Positions 25,871-37,869 of a stretch of 64,000 bases of DNA are shown piece by piece. The position numbers and the translations under genes were made by a program. Each line of letters starts with the position of its first letter. Positions within the stretch are counted from its first letter, which is position 1. The notes beneath the pieces were generated by a model that worked only from the letters and a program-made list of their open reading frames with translations, was not told where the DNA came from and did not search any database. Source of the stretch: Eledone cirrhosa (Eukaryota); contig OZ024741.1 in assembly GCA_964016885.1 (NCBI GenBank), positions 394,196,001 through 394,260,000 on the forward strand, read 5' to 3'.

Positions 25871-26922
25871 CAAAGGTTCTCAACGGGGGGCATATGCACC
25901 CCCGGGGGGCGTTTCGGAAATCCGGGGGGGGGGGCGTTTGGGAGCAAGGTCGCGTTATGGGGGCGTTGGGCGCTGGAAGGCTCTTTATTTTGGTAAGTTT
26001 TATAAGCCATATTTGTTTGTCTTTGAGACAGCCAGTGTGAATGCATTTGAATGAGCTTGCAGACAGCATAACTATAGTCTGACCGCACCTGTGAGCAGGT
26101 GTGCAGGCATGTCCGGTAATTGAGATCCTAAAAATGGGAAAACCCACAGTCAACTGGGTCAAAGACACTTTGAACGCAGCCAGTTAGAATCTTATCTTTC
26201 CTTCACTGATAACAATGTATTTCATGTCTGAAATTATTGACTCAACCGCAACGAGTTAACACTATGTAGATCTATTTTATTCCCAATTGTATAAATAATA
26301 TTACAAATAATAAAAAGAAAAGAAAAAACACACATCTAGGACCACATACAACACATAATCAGGTAATACACACATCTAGGACCACATACAACACATAATC
26401 AGGTAATACACACATCTAGGACCACATACAACACATAATCAGGTAATACACACATCTAGGACCACATACAACACATAATCAGCTAATACACACATCTAGG
26501 ACCACATACAACACATAATCAGGTAATACACACATCTAGGACCACATACAACACATAATCAGCTAATACACACATCTAGGACCACATACAACACATAATC
26601 AGGTAATACACACATCTAGGACCACATACAACACATAATCAGCTAATACACACATCTAGGACCACATACAACACATAATCAGGTAATACACACATCTAGG
26701 ACCACATACAACACATAATCAGGTAATACACACATCTAGGACCACATACAACACATAATCAGGTAATACACACATCTTTGGAATATTGTTAATCAATTTT
26801 TTAGTAATCTACTGATATAAAAATCAGTAGTATATTGAAAAATGGAAAAATAGAGGGGGTGGCGTTTCGTGATTTCGAGGGACAAAAGGGGGCGTTTGGC
26901 CTAAATGGGTTGAGAACCTGTG
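25871..26922. mobile_element. Non-autonomous hAT (Charlie-like) DNA transposon
   Basis: TIRs caaaggttctcaac / gttgagaacctgtg. 8-bp TSD gtttagat (25863-25870) / gcttagat (26923-26930). Confidence 0.85.
26328..26777. repeat. 40-bp minisatellite, 11 full units plus a partial unit
   Basis: Unit acacacatctaggaccacatacaacacataatcag(g/c)taat; one variable position. Confidence 0.98.
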
Positions 26923-26932
26923 GCTTAGATCA

Positions 26933-26977
26933 ACCGGGTCAACTGTGCCTTTTGTCAAAAGGCACAGTTGACCCGGT
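26933..26977. repeat. Perfect 22-bp-arm hairpin, 1-nt loop
   Basis: accgggtcaactgtgccttttg-t-caaaaggcacagttgacccggt. Confidence 0.95.
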
Positions 26978-27109
26978 AAGATTTGAACACATAACGTAAG
27001 GAAACGTAACTAAATTGAACTAAGTTGGGGGAGATATATTCGATATATATTCGATATATATTCGATAGTATTCAAACTTCGTCAAGAGACATAGACTAAT
27101 AATAATGGT

Positions 27110-27305
27110 TTCTGATTTAGGTACAATGATTTGGGGGAAGGGAAAAGTCGATGAAATCGACACCAATTCATTACTGGTACTTTATTTTATCGATCCCGTA
27201 AGGATGAAAGGCAAAGCTAACCTCAGCGGTATTTGAACCCAGAACGTAAAAGGGCGCAACTATGCCGCGAAACATGGTGTCCGACACTCTACCAATACTG
27301 CCACC
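27110..27305 (-). mobile_element. SINE family A
   Basis: actggtactttattttatcgatcccgtaaggatgaaaggc...atttgaacccag...ctaccaatactgcca. Confidence 0.85.
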
Positions 27306-27309
27306 CTCA

Positions 27310-28650
27310 ATAATAATAATTGTTTCATTTATTGGCCACAAGGGCCGACTTATAGGGTACAATACAATAGACAAGGACAGTGGGGTTTACATACACAACT
27401 TGTAAAAATCATAAATAACAATAACAAAATAACAAGAAAAACACAAATGAAAATTCCCCAATAGAGTGGATAACCACCCCGAGAACGTCGTCGCACTTGC
27501 CCACCATTAATCCTCTATAGTACTCGAGAGTGGAAGTTACACTGACAGCGTTGCCCGCTTGGTAGAGGGCAGTGAGTGCCTGGCAACATTCCAGATGCTA
27601 GTCACACAGTCTCGGTCTCTTCTTGACCCAGGACTGCAGCTCAGTCAAAGAGACGAGCTGCGGAAAGGCCCGTCTGATAAACGGCAACCACACCTGTTCA
27701 CCGTTTAGGCAGAATATCTGGAGATGCTGCAGCCTCAGCGCATGTCTGCGCATCATTAGCCACGACATGCTCTGCGCAGAGGGTGCTGGCAGTAGATGGA
27801 CCGCCTCACCAAGAGAACCTGTCCCCTCCACAAGAATTTCAATAGGAACCGTTCCAATTTGGCGAGGCGCAAACGGGGATAAGGCATGACCGTCAAGCGG
27901 TAATAGATGACTGGGTGAGAGTGGCTATCCTATCGTAACCTCGTCCCAATCTCTTATCTACCTGGAGGTCGGGCCAAACCAAATCCCGTATAACTTTACC
28001 GGCTCGTCCAGCGCCCAACGACGCTGTTGGACGGCAGGACTTGCTTCTGCAAGCCTACCGACTTTTCCGGGTTAAGTTTCACTCCTGTCAACCTTACATA
28101 TTCCTCCAATAAGGTGCCAACCACCTCAATTTCCGAGATGTGTGACACCATCACAGTGATGTCGTCCGCATGAGCCAACACAGACTTTCCGCGCCCCGGT
28201 TCGAGCGGATGCCTTACAACAATTCCAGTTTCCGCAGTAAAGGCTCGAGAATTAATAAGTACAGAATGTTCTGGCGGACCACTGGTTGGCGACCGCTGAT
28301 CCAGATCACCATATGTGGTTGGTCCAGGTCCACACTGGCACATTAGGGAAATCTACTCGTTACCTGTCAGACAGTTGGGACTGGCTGATCAGTTACTTGA
28401 TTGTTTTGCACCCTTTCCCTGCTAATATCAGCTACTTCCACACAATCCCAACGTGCGTCTAAGATGTCGTTCCAGTCACTTGCTAACAGTAAAGGGCGAG
28501 ACGTTCCCAGAAAGGCTTCCAAGCGCCTAAAGAAATCCAGCCGTCCGGTTCCGGTCGGGGCGTAGACGGCAACCAGTCTAAAAGCACCACCTTCGCTATT
28601 GCTCACGCCCAGGACCACCAACTTACCGTCTGCTTCCGGGCATGGCGGTA
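27310..28650 (-). pseudogene. Tx1/L1-clade LINE with internal deletions
   Basis: APE endonuclease FRLVAVYAP..RLDFFRRL...SDWN.ILD (28367-28621), RT VLAHADDITV...TGVKLNPEKS (27996-28343), 3' end ...ggccaataaatgaaacaatt(att)n. Confidence 0.8.
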
Positions 28651-28729
28651 GAACCAGCTCACAAGACGCTCGATTTCCTGGCTCGTGTAACTTCAGATGG
28701 TTGACAAATTCAACTCTTCATAGAAGAAA

Positions 28730-30330
28730 TCGTCCACATACATTGCACCTCAATTCTTGCTGGATTTTTTCAGCCAACACAATTGGGTCCCGCTTACTGA
28801 GCGAACACTTCAGAACAACATGCTCCACTCGCTTTTTCTTAAAGATATCAAATCCATATTTGAGCATTTTCCATGAGGTACGGCTTCGGCCAATGTCTTA
28901 CAGTTCTCCATATCAATCTTCAGAACTTTAAGATTGTCTTTTATGACATCCCTAGACCGCTTCTTTGGTTTATTCTGTGACCTTTTTCCTCAGGTCAGCT
29001 CCCCATGTAATAACTGTTTAAGTAGCCCTCCATCCTGACCACATGACCAGCCCAACGCATCTGGTTCATAATAATCCTCTTCTCAATACTGGTTCTGCCC
29101 ACTTTCTCAAGTAGAGCAGCATCAGATGTGTAAGAGGACCACTTGATGACCAGGATGCGCCAGGTACAAAGCTGATGAAACCTTTCCAGCTACCTAATGT
29201 GATGCCTGTAAGTTGTCCACGTTTTATATCTATATAACAGGGCTATAAGAACACAGATCTCACAGAAAGAGAGCTTTGTGTTTCTTGTGATACCCCGATC
29301 TGACCAGACTCGCTTTTGTAATCCTGTGATTATTTCAGCATCGAGGATACCATCTCTACTAAGTGTACTTCCGAGATGCACAAAGTTGTCCAATATTTCA
29401 AGTTTTTTTCTTTCTTACGAAAAAATCTGACTCGACATATATTTCCCCAACTGGTAGAATGTACATGGCCTTTGTCTTTTTTATGGAAATATTTAGCCGA
29501 AATGCAATGCATGCATTGGAGGTGTCCTCTACTCTGTGAGCCACAGTCTGTATCATCAGCATACAGGAACTCCCTGACAAAAGTGTCAAATGTTTTGGAC
29601 TTGGTGTTAAACCGTCTTAGATTAAAGACTTTGACAGAGGTTCTAAATCGCAAGTATACACCAATTTCGAAGTCTTGGAAAGAATATGTCAGCAGCACGG
29701 CGAAGTAGATAGAAAACAGAGTTGATGCAGGTATGTCACCTTACTTGACACCGTTTTCCACTGAAATTGGCTCTGAAAGTGTCCCATAGAAGTCCACTTT
29801 TGCCTTCATATATTTTGGATATTTTTAATATTACAACAAATTCAAGGCATCCAAGTTTCCATGTAACCCACAATGCGCTACGATTAACAGTATCGAAGGC
29901 CTTAGTAGTGTCCACAAATACTTGGTTCAGTGGCAATCGCTGCTCAATACACTTCTTCATAAGCAGGCATACTGAAAAATCATGTCGATAGTACCCCGCC
30001 CAGCTCACTCTGAATCCACATAGTGTTTGAAGGATAGCACCAGGCAGATCCATTTTATTAGACGATTCAGCAAGATTTTGGATAAGACATTTGCTACCGA
30101 TTCGAATAGATTTCTACCACGATAATCACCGGATTCAGATTTGGAAGTCTTATCTTTGTAAATCGACAGTAAAATTACATCTACCCAGTTTTGCGGGATA
30201 GATTCATCATGCAATACAGAAAAACACTAGCTCATGAATGAACATAACAACAGCGTCTCCTCCAAAGCTGATCAGCTCAACAGATATTCCATCCAAACCT
30301 GAAGCTTTCCCTAAGTTTATCTCTTTTTCA
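28730..30330 (-). pseudogene. RTE (BovB-like) LINE, RT region to 3' end
   Basis: IPQNWVD..IYK.K...DYRG, VFVDTTKAFDTVNR, FLYADD, F.HLGSTLS, RWAGHV; frameshifted. Confidence 0.88.
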
Positions 30331-30421
30331 CAGTAGATCTTATCTCATCAATGGTAGGATCATTCACCATCTCTGTCACAGTTTCCCTTTGCAGCAGTCC
30401 AACGTTAAATAAGCCGCATAC

Positions 30422-30611
30422 GAGTAAATTATCAACTGTATATCTCCAACTCGTTAGTTCTGTATACATCGCTGCTTCCCTATCGCCGAAAGACACCGAA
30501 AAGATATTTGCACAAAGAGATAAAAGAGCATGTGATTGTGGTACCCATATGCTGCTCTCTGAGTAACAACAGCCAGAATCCAATGACAAGCAGGTGCAAG
30601 ATGAGTGGTAG
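30422..30611 (-). CDS. Candidate internal exon of a host gene (190 bp, phase 2-0)
   Basis: Acceptor gttgttacAG, donor ctc|GTatgc, open frame YHSSCTCLSLDSGCCYSESSIWVP...TSWRYTVDNLL. Confidence 0.4.
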
Positions 30612-30989
30612 CTGTAACAACCGTATGTTTTCCCAGATAAATAAATAAATGAAATATATTAATAGATAAGGTAAAATGAAATTAAAAAAATTATTATTTG
30701 AAAATAAAATTTTTTTTTTAACTTATATATATGCAGACACACAGACTTGCGCACACACCACACACACACATATTTACACATCCTCACAATATATACATAC
30801 GTACACACTAAATGACTCTCCGTGTCAGTTTTTGTTAGAGGATCTGCTGTGAGCTCGGTGGTTTCGGCTTGATGTGTGTGTGTATTTATATATATATATA
30901 TATATGTGTGTGTGAATCAATTAGAAAGAGAGGAAAAAATAGAGAATAGATTTATTTGCCGTTGTGCTGGCAAATGATGCCGAAAGCCA

Positions 30990-31350
30990 TTGACCCGCAT
31001 CTTCGGTCACAGAAGCTGATACAGAAACCACCTTGACACCCGATATAGGAAGCACAAACAATTATCACTACCATTAACAAGAGGAAGGCAGCGACAGCAA
31101 CAGTGACAATAACAACGACCCCGCATCTTCGGTGAAAGAAGGCGTTCGAGCCCCAGCAACCCGCCTAGCAGCCCTAATAGGAAGCAGTTTCAACTACCAG
31201 TAACATTAGCAAGAGGAAGGTAACGACAGCAACAGTGACATTAACAACAACAACATATATGTGTATACACCAACATCTTACCATTAACTACCATTAACAA
31301 GAGGAAGCCAACTCCAGCATCAGTGACAATAACAACACCAGCAACAACAC
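30990..31350. repeat. Degenerate tandem repeats
   Basis: Three copies of catta.caagaggaag...cagca.cagtgaca.taacaac and two of gacccgcatcttcggt. Confidence 0.7.
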
Positions 31351-31599
31351 ATGTTTTCAGGATTGAAAGACTCATTCTTAGCCACAAGGTTCTATGAGAA
31401 ACTGCTAACATGCTCGCACGTGTGCGTGCTGAACTCTGGGTCTTTCCGCTGGGAACAACCCCCTGTTTTCTTTTGTGTTACCTTCTTGTGTGTCCCCTCC
31501 ATGCACCCCTTCTTTTCTCTCTTGTCTTCTGGCGCCTACATATCTGGTGTAGGTGAGCTATGAGGCCTCACTCTTATCAGCACTTTCCCTTTCACCCAC

Positions 31600-33222
31600 A
31601 CACAGTTGTGCCTAGCACCTAGGCAGGTGACAACCAACCACTCACCACTGATGCCGCTTGGTGCCCCAGTCCCCGGCCCCACACCCGATCCTCCATCCCC
31701 ACCAGTCGACACCTGCAGCACATGCAGCACCACGAACAGACGGAAGAGAGGCCGGAACTGTTCGAGGTGCGACTGCATCCACCACCTTGAGGCCTCTTTT
31801 TTTCGGCTAGCCTGACCGCTCTTAGGAAGAAAGAGGGCGGCATACGCCCCATCGCTGTGGGCAATGTCTTCCGGAGGCTGGCTGCCAAGGTGGTCTGCAG
31901 GTCCATAACACTTGAACTGGCGAGGATTTCAGTCCGGTGCAACTGGGTGTCGGTGTGTCCGGTGGCTGTGAGGAGGCTGCACATGCAACCGGGCAGTCTT
32001 CAACAGCTGCCAACCGGAACCGGCATCCAGGGACTCCAGGCACCTACAATCGGTGGTTCCTGCCCTGACGGGAATCGGCCTCCAGGTCAACTCGTCCAAG
32101 TCGGAGGTCGTGAATGTCAGCCACGATGCTGAGAGCTTTGCAGCCTCTGTCTCGGACATGCAGTCCATTCTCCACCAGGTGCAGGTGACCCCCAAAGAGG
32201 ATGTCCTCACCCTCGGGTCACCGATCCACCCACCGGCCATCTGCTCCACCATCAGGTCCAGGCTCCGACAACTCCAGGCCCTCACGAGCCGACTGGGCTT
32301 GATCGACGGCCACCCAGCTCTTTTTCTGTTGAGGAACTGCTTCGCCGTGCCGAAGCTCCTCTATACCTTCGCAGCGCTCCGTGCTACACCCACGCATCTC
32401 TCCCCGCTGACCTCGATACTTGTATCCGAACAGCAACCGAGAAGATATGCAACGACAGGTCTGACGACATTGGATGGCAACAGGCTACTTTATCTGTCAG
32501 ATATGGCGGCCTTGGCCTCCGGTCCCCTATCTCCCTGGCGTTTCTGTCGTCGGTAACCTTATGCCGCGCCCTCGTCAGCAGCGTTCTTCAAAACACAATG
32601 GAACCCTCTGTGATCAGGGAACGTGAGGCCGCCTGTGAGACGTGGGACCGGCTGGGACTAAGCCCAGTAGACATCCCTCCTCCTTCTCCCCCTGCTCATG
32701 TCAAGCCCCCCCCCCCACAAAACACACGCGCCAGCTCGACTAGCACCGCCTTGCTTGTTTTCGTACGGCCTCCAAACCCCCCAATGGCGTCTGGCTCTAT
32801 GCCTTTCCCTCCTTCTCGACTGGCACGTAGCTGGATAACAATAGCCTGCGCATCGGCGTTTCCTTGAGGCTTGGCCTCCGGATCTGCGATCCACACCAAT
32901 GTCGCTGTTGATCCACCGTGGACTCTTTCGGCCCCCACCCACTTTCCTGTCGCCACAGTGCCGGCCGCCTTCCACGTCATGTTGCTCTCAAAGATGTCAT
33001 AAAGCATGGTTTGGACGCTGCAGGATCCCCCTTGTGGATACTTCTGGCATCCTCGGCCCTAGGGCTACCTCCCTACTCACCACCATAGGCGCTGAGCTGG
33101 CTAGCCGCACGTGTATGCCTCGCGAATCGGAATGGCTCTTCCAGCGCGTCTCCCTTGCCGTCCACCGGGGAAACGCCTTCCCTATTCTGTCCGGCGGGGC
33201 TGTGGGGAGGCCACTAATATGA
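31600..33222 (+). pseudogene. CRE-clade non-LTR retrotransposon, internally deleted
   Basis: LTALRKKEGGIRPIAVGNVFRRLAAK, GLQVNSSKSEV, ALFLLRNCFAVPKLLY, YGGLGLR, LDNNSLRIGVSLRLG, WLFQRVSLAVHRGNA. Visibly GC-rich. Confidence 0.85.
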
Positions 33223-33290
33223 TTAACTGATTTGTCATTTTATCAGTCAACCTGCTATTTGTTTCAATATAGCCACTTAATGAAAATCGG

Positions 33291-33451
33291 TACAGTATAT
33301 GGAAGGAATATATTAGGTTAACGCTTGAAATAGCAGGAAGAGGGTTTTAACGTTTCGGATGCTAGTATGTATGTGTGTGCGTGTCCAAAACATTACGACT
33401 CTCTTCCTGCTATTTCAAGCGTTAAGTTAATATATTTTTTCCATGTACTGT
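33291..33451. repeat. Imperfect palindrome (single-arm copy at 34830-34882)
   Basis: aacgcttgaaatagcaggaagag / ctcttcctgctatttcaagcgtt. Confidence 0.8.
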
Positions 33452-33557
33452 GTATTTTGTTTTCGATAAAATAAAGCACCAGTAATGCACTGGGTCGATA
33501 TAATCGACTTTCCCCTCCGCTAAAAAGATTGCTGGTCTTGTGCCTAAATCAGAAATT

Positions 33558-33742
33558 TGATTGGCAGTATCGATATAGCGTCAGACATCATCTTTGCAGC
33601 ATAGAGTTATGGCCCTTTAAGTTCTGAGTTCAAATCCCACCGAGGTTAACTTTGCATTTCATCCTTTTGGGGTCGATAAAATAAAGTACCAGTAATGCAC
33701 TGGGATAATTTCTGGCCTTGTGCCAAAAGTAGAAAAAATTAT
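33558..33742 (+). mobile_element. SINE family A (preceded by a 3' fragment at 33465-33555)
   Basis: gattggcagtatcg...gagttcaaatccc...ggccttgtgccaaaagtag. Confidence 0.85.
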
Positions 33743-33766
33743 TTTTGTTTATCTTTTGCGCGCACA

Positions 33767-33952
<186 letters not shown>

Positions 33953-34759
33953 TATATATATATAATGCTTATAATGTATACAATTATTTTAGCCATTTCA
34001 GAATACACAAAAACGTTCATTTTCGTTTATGTCGTAATAGTCTCCTGTCTATTATTAAGTGTTAAAAATGTCTTACATCTGTGATCCGATCCCTTACGAA
34101 ATCGTACTGCGCCCGTTGGAAAAGAATCACTAGCCAGGTTGTATGTTTCGAAAATTTCCTTTCTTCATTAATTCATTCCTTCTTTCTTTTTCTCTCTCAC
34201 TCATTCTTTCTCTTCTCTCTGTACCTTTCTATCTCTTTCTCCTCCATCTCTCTCTCTCGCTTTCTCTAACTATTTCTCTCTCTCACTATCTATCTATCTC
34301 TATCTATAAATCTATCTGTTTCTCGTCATTCTTGCATTATATTTTAGAGTATACATAAAAATATTCCATGGTTTGGAAATAAACACAAGTGAAATCATGG
34401 TTGTGTTATTAAGGATTCGTTTCACAACCAAGTTGTTTCGAGTGTAGTCCCACTGCGTGGCATTTTAGGTAAGTGTCTTCTATAACAGTCTCGTGTTCAC
34501 CAATGAACACGAGTGACATTTGATATACGGAAACTGCAGACACTCGTTGCATATATAAATATATATGTGTATGTGAACATTGTTTCTGAGGATAGACAGT
34601 AAATGGATGTGCTTTTTTCGTGAAAGATAGTATGTAGTTGCATAACTGCCATCGATTAGTCCGCACATAGATAATATTGCTCGCTGAAACGATTGTAAAA
34701 CATTCGATCAATAAACTACTTCACCGGCCTTTTTAATCTTTCATTGTTTAAAATTATAT

Positions 34760-34829
<70 letters not shown>

Positions 34830-35340
34830 TCTTCTTGCTATTTCAAGCGTTAAACTAATAGATTCCTTCCATATACTGTACCGTTTGTGTTGTTATTTCT
34901 GTTTACCTTTTACATACATACATGCATATATATATATATACTCTTTTTTTTTCTTTACCTGTTCCAGCCATCTGGCTGAGGCCATGCTGGGGCAACGCCC
35001 CACTTATAAAAAAGAAGTTTGTTTGTTTGCACGTTGACCGCTAATAACACTAAATAAAATTGATAATAATTAGGGTTTTACGTGTTTTCAACAAGCTTGC
35101 TGTCGATTTACTTTACGAAAATGAAAATGAGGTGGGTATAATTTACTGCTGTTTCTAGCATACAGGTACTGTCTGGTCGTCAATTTTGCTATCTATACAT
35201 AGATGAAAACAATACACCTCTCAATCAAGCCACCTCCTCTCTTTTTCGTTTGTTATCGGCCGGACTGACATCTGTCTCAATCTTTCTCTTTCCCTCTCCC
35301 TCTCATTACCTCTTTATCTCTCTACCTGTATATTCTGTAT

Positions 35341-35880
35341 ATGTGTCGCGCACATTATGCTAAACCCATGGGCTCTAAATACCTTAGACTCAACAACTCA
35401 GCAATGTCCAATAGAGCTAAGTTTAATATTCTGATCGCAGACTTGGTAAGAGTGATGAAAAATGTGTCCCGTATGTGCGACCCAACTGAAATGGAAAGTC
35501 ACATCCAACACTTCATCAATCATATGCAGTTCTCTGGCTACAACCAAAGAGACAGAATCAGAATATACAAAGGAGCCACGGAGAAGTATAAGACCCTCAT
35601 AGAAATGGACATGAAAGGAATTTGCCCATTGTACAGGAGCAAATCATGGAATAGCTTAGATAGGACTAAACATAAGATAGGGAAATCCACTTCATGGTAC
35701 GATAACCAGAGATTCCAGAGTGTCATGTTCGTGGATGCTACCCCTAGGGGGAAATTAGCTAAGCAATGTAAAAAGGCCCTAAAAAAAGACCCATCTTACG
35801 ATTAAAGTGGTAGAAAAGCCAGGAACTACCATAAAATCCCTGATCAGCAAAACATACCCCTTTAAGAAAACCCACTGTAT
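35341..35880 (+). pseudogene. PLE RT thumb/linker fragment
   Basis: HYAKPMGS...SAMS..K..IL...R...N.S...MQFSGY...LYRSK.W...SWY...VMFVDATPRGKLAK...KVVEKPGTTIKSL. Confidence 0.7.
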
Positions 35881-35977
35881 GTCCTCTTTAGTACCAACAT
35901 AACATGCCTGTTGCTTTTCACTTCAATTTATTACAAATTTCCGGCTGGTTGAATAACCGGATGGTTGTATATTTATT

Positions 35978-36020
35978 GTCAAAGCTCTTTCGTCACACAT
36001 TCTGTGACATACTCAGTAAC
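35978..36020 (-). ncRNA. Degenerate hammerhead ribozyme (H2) in a PLE tail
   Basis: gtta CTGAGTA t gtcac agaatgt gtgac GAAA gagc TT tgac; core G8 is mutated. Confidence 0.55.
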
Positions 36021-37869
36021 TAATTTATTATTTTGCGTTCTTCCTTTATTGTGTCCTACAATATCTAGTTTTTGTGACAACACATAAAAATATGTGTGCG
36101 TGTATGGGGGCGGGGCGAGGAAATCAAAATTTGTTAGGGATTTATTTTTATGGAAAATATATATATATATATATATATATCCCTAAAAATAAATCCCTAA
36201 GATCCCGTTAAGGGTGAAAGCAGCGATTCTTTGCTTAAACTTTAATCTGTTATTTTAATATATATATAGTACTAGTTATACTTATATATAGAATTGTAAA
36301 TAAGATTATTAAACTTTTCAGCTAAATATTTTCACCTAAAACTAACATATCTTATGATGCTTATAATAGTAACACCTATATGTATGATCCTACTACACAA
36401 TTGTCTTGCACTTATTGCCCGTTCTCTGCTATTATTAACATTCCTGATATGATATTCTTGCTATAATATTTTTATTTTTATTATGACTTCTTGATTTTTT
36501 GATTTTTTGTTATTAGTAATAATCCGTGTGTATATATATCATATACCTCAGAATATGTATATTATAACTTTAACACAAATTTTATTTTATTACTATCTTT
36601 TCATTATAATCATTTCAGTATAATATTCTTTTGCTCTTACACTTTAATATATTGCAGCTGACGCTAACAATTTTAATTATTCTTCTCACATATAATGTTG
36701 AATGTTCTAATGATTAGGAATTTATTTATTTTAACATTTTATACGCTCCGATTATTCCAGACCTACACCTGGAAGAAGCGATCGTAACAAATTAAATGCC
36801 TTAAACAAAATTTGATTGTTCTCTATGTTGTATATTATAAAGTGAAATGACTGGAAACCAAATATGTTGAATTTCCTTAATTTTTTATTTCTGCAACCAC
36901 TATGCACATTTCAGTGAGCAGGTTGCGTAAGAACCCGGTGACATCTTCAGGTGTAAATTGCGTAATAGATGCATGCCAACGGAATTGTGGTACACCTTCA
37001 AGAAACAAGCACAGCAAAAAGAGAGGAAAGAATGTGTGTTTATGTTTTTGACTGAGAAAGGAATGAGCCAGCATGCTTCCACTACTTTCTGAGTTATCTT
37101 CCTGCTAATTTGCTAAGACGGTAGGGAGATATATAGTTTCTCAGGATCCTTACTACCTCCCAATTCTAGCAGTCTGCGGACAGCAGGCAAGAGAATGAGG
37201 AGGGGTGAAGATATCGTGTTACAGATAATCATTAGCTGCTTGGGTCAAGCTAAGTTCTATATACTCATGGAAGGTATACAACATACTGGGGACAGAAACA
37301 TATAAAGTAGAAAAGAATTTCGGTTAAAAACGTTTAGAAGCTAGAGTTAGGGTTAATTTCAGGGACAGGAAATTAAAACTGAGTGTTTAAAAATGTTTAA
37401 AGTATAATTAAACAAGTAGAGTCCGCACAGTTGGCAGAGGAATTACCGTTTAGTTAAGCTAAGCTAATTTACTATCCGCTTTTGGTTCCACCTATAGTTC
37501 AATGTTAGAAGTAAGGTATGACGGTTAACAACACCCGAATAACGTGACCCAACCATACACACACACAGAGCCCAACGGTCCACCGACCGTTCCGAATAAT
37601 TACGGTTTACCTTAGAAACGGGAAATTTAATTTATTTCCAAGCACTCTAGGAGGCGAACAGACCAAGGCGCCACGAGTGCAGCTAGGAGGGTTTCCATAG
37701 CCAGCCAGTGTCATAATATATGCTATGTATTCGTGGCTAGTGAACTATACACAATCCCCAGCTGTACCTAGGTTCCACCCGCCGGTCAGTCCCAAAATCA
37801 TACTGGGTGTAATCCACATAGGCAAGGTACATACATTCAAACCAGACTATTACTACAAAATGAAGACAC

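Noticed and set aside
26328-26777. CRISPR-like array
   Set aside because: Head-to-tail 40-bp units with no unique spacers, no cas genes and a eukaryotic context: a minisatellite.
36877-37000. Additional host exon
   Set aside because: Good polypyrimidine tract and AG but no convincing donor before the stops; left uncalled.
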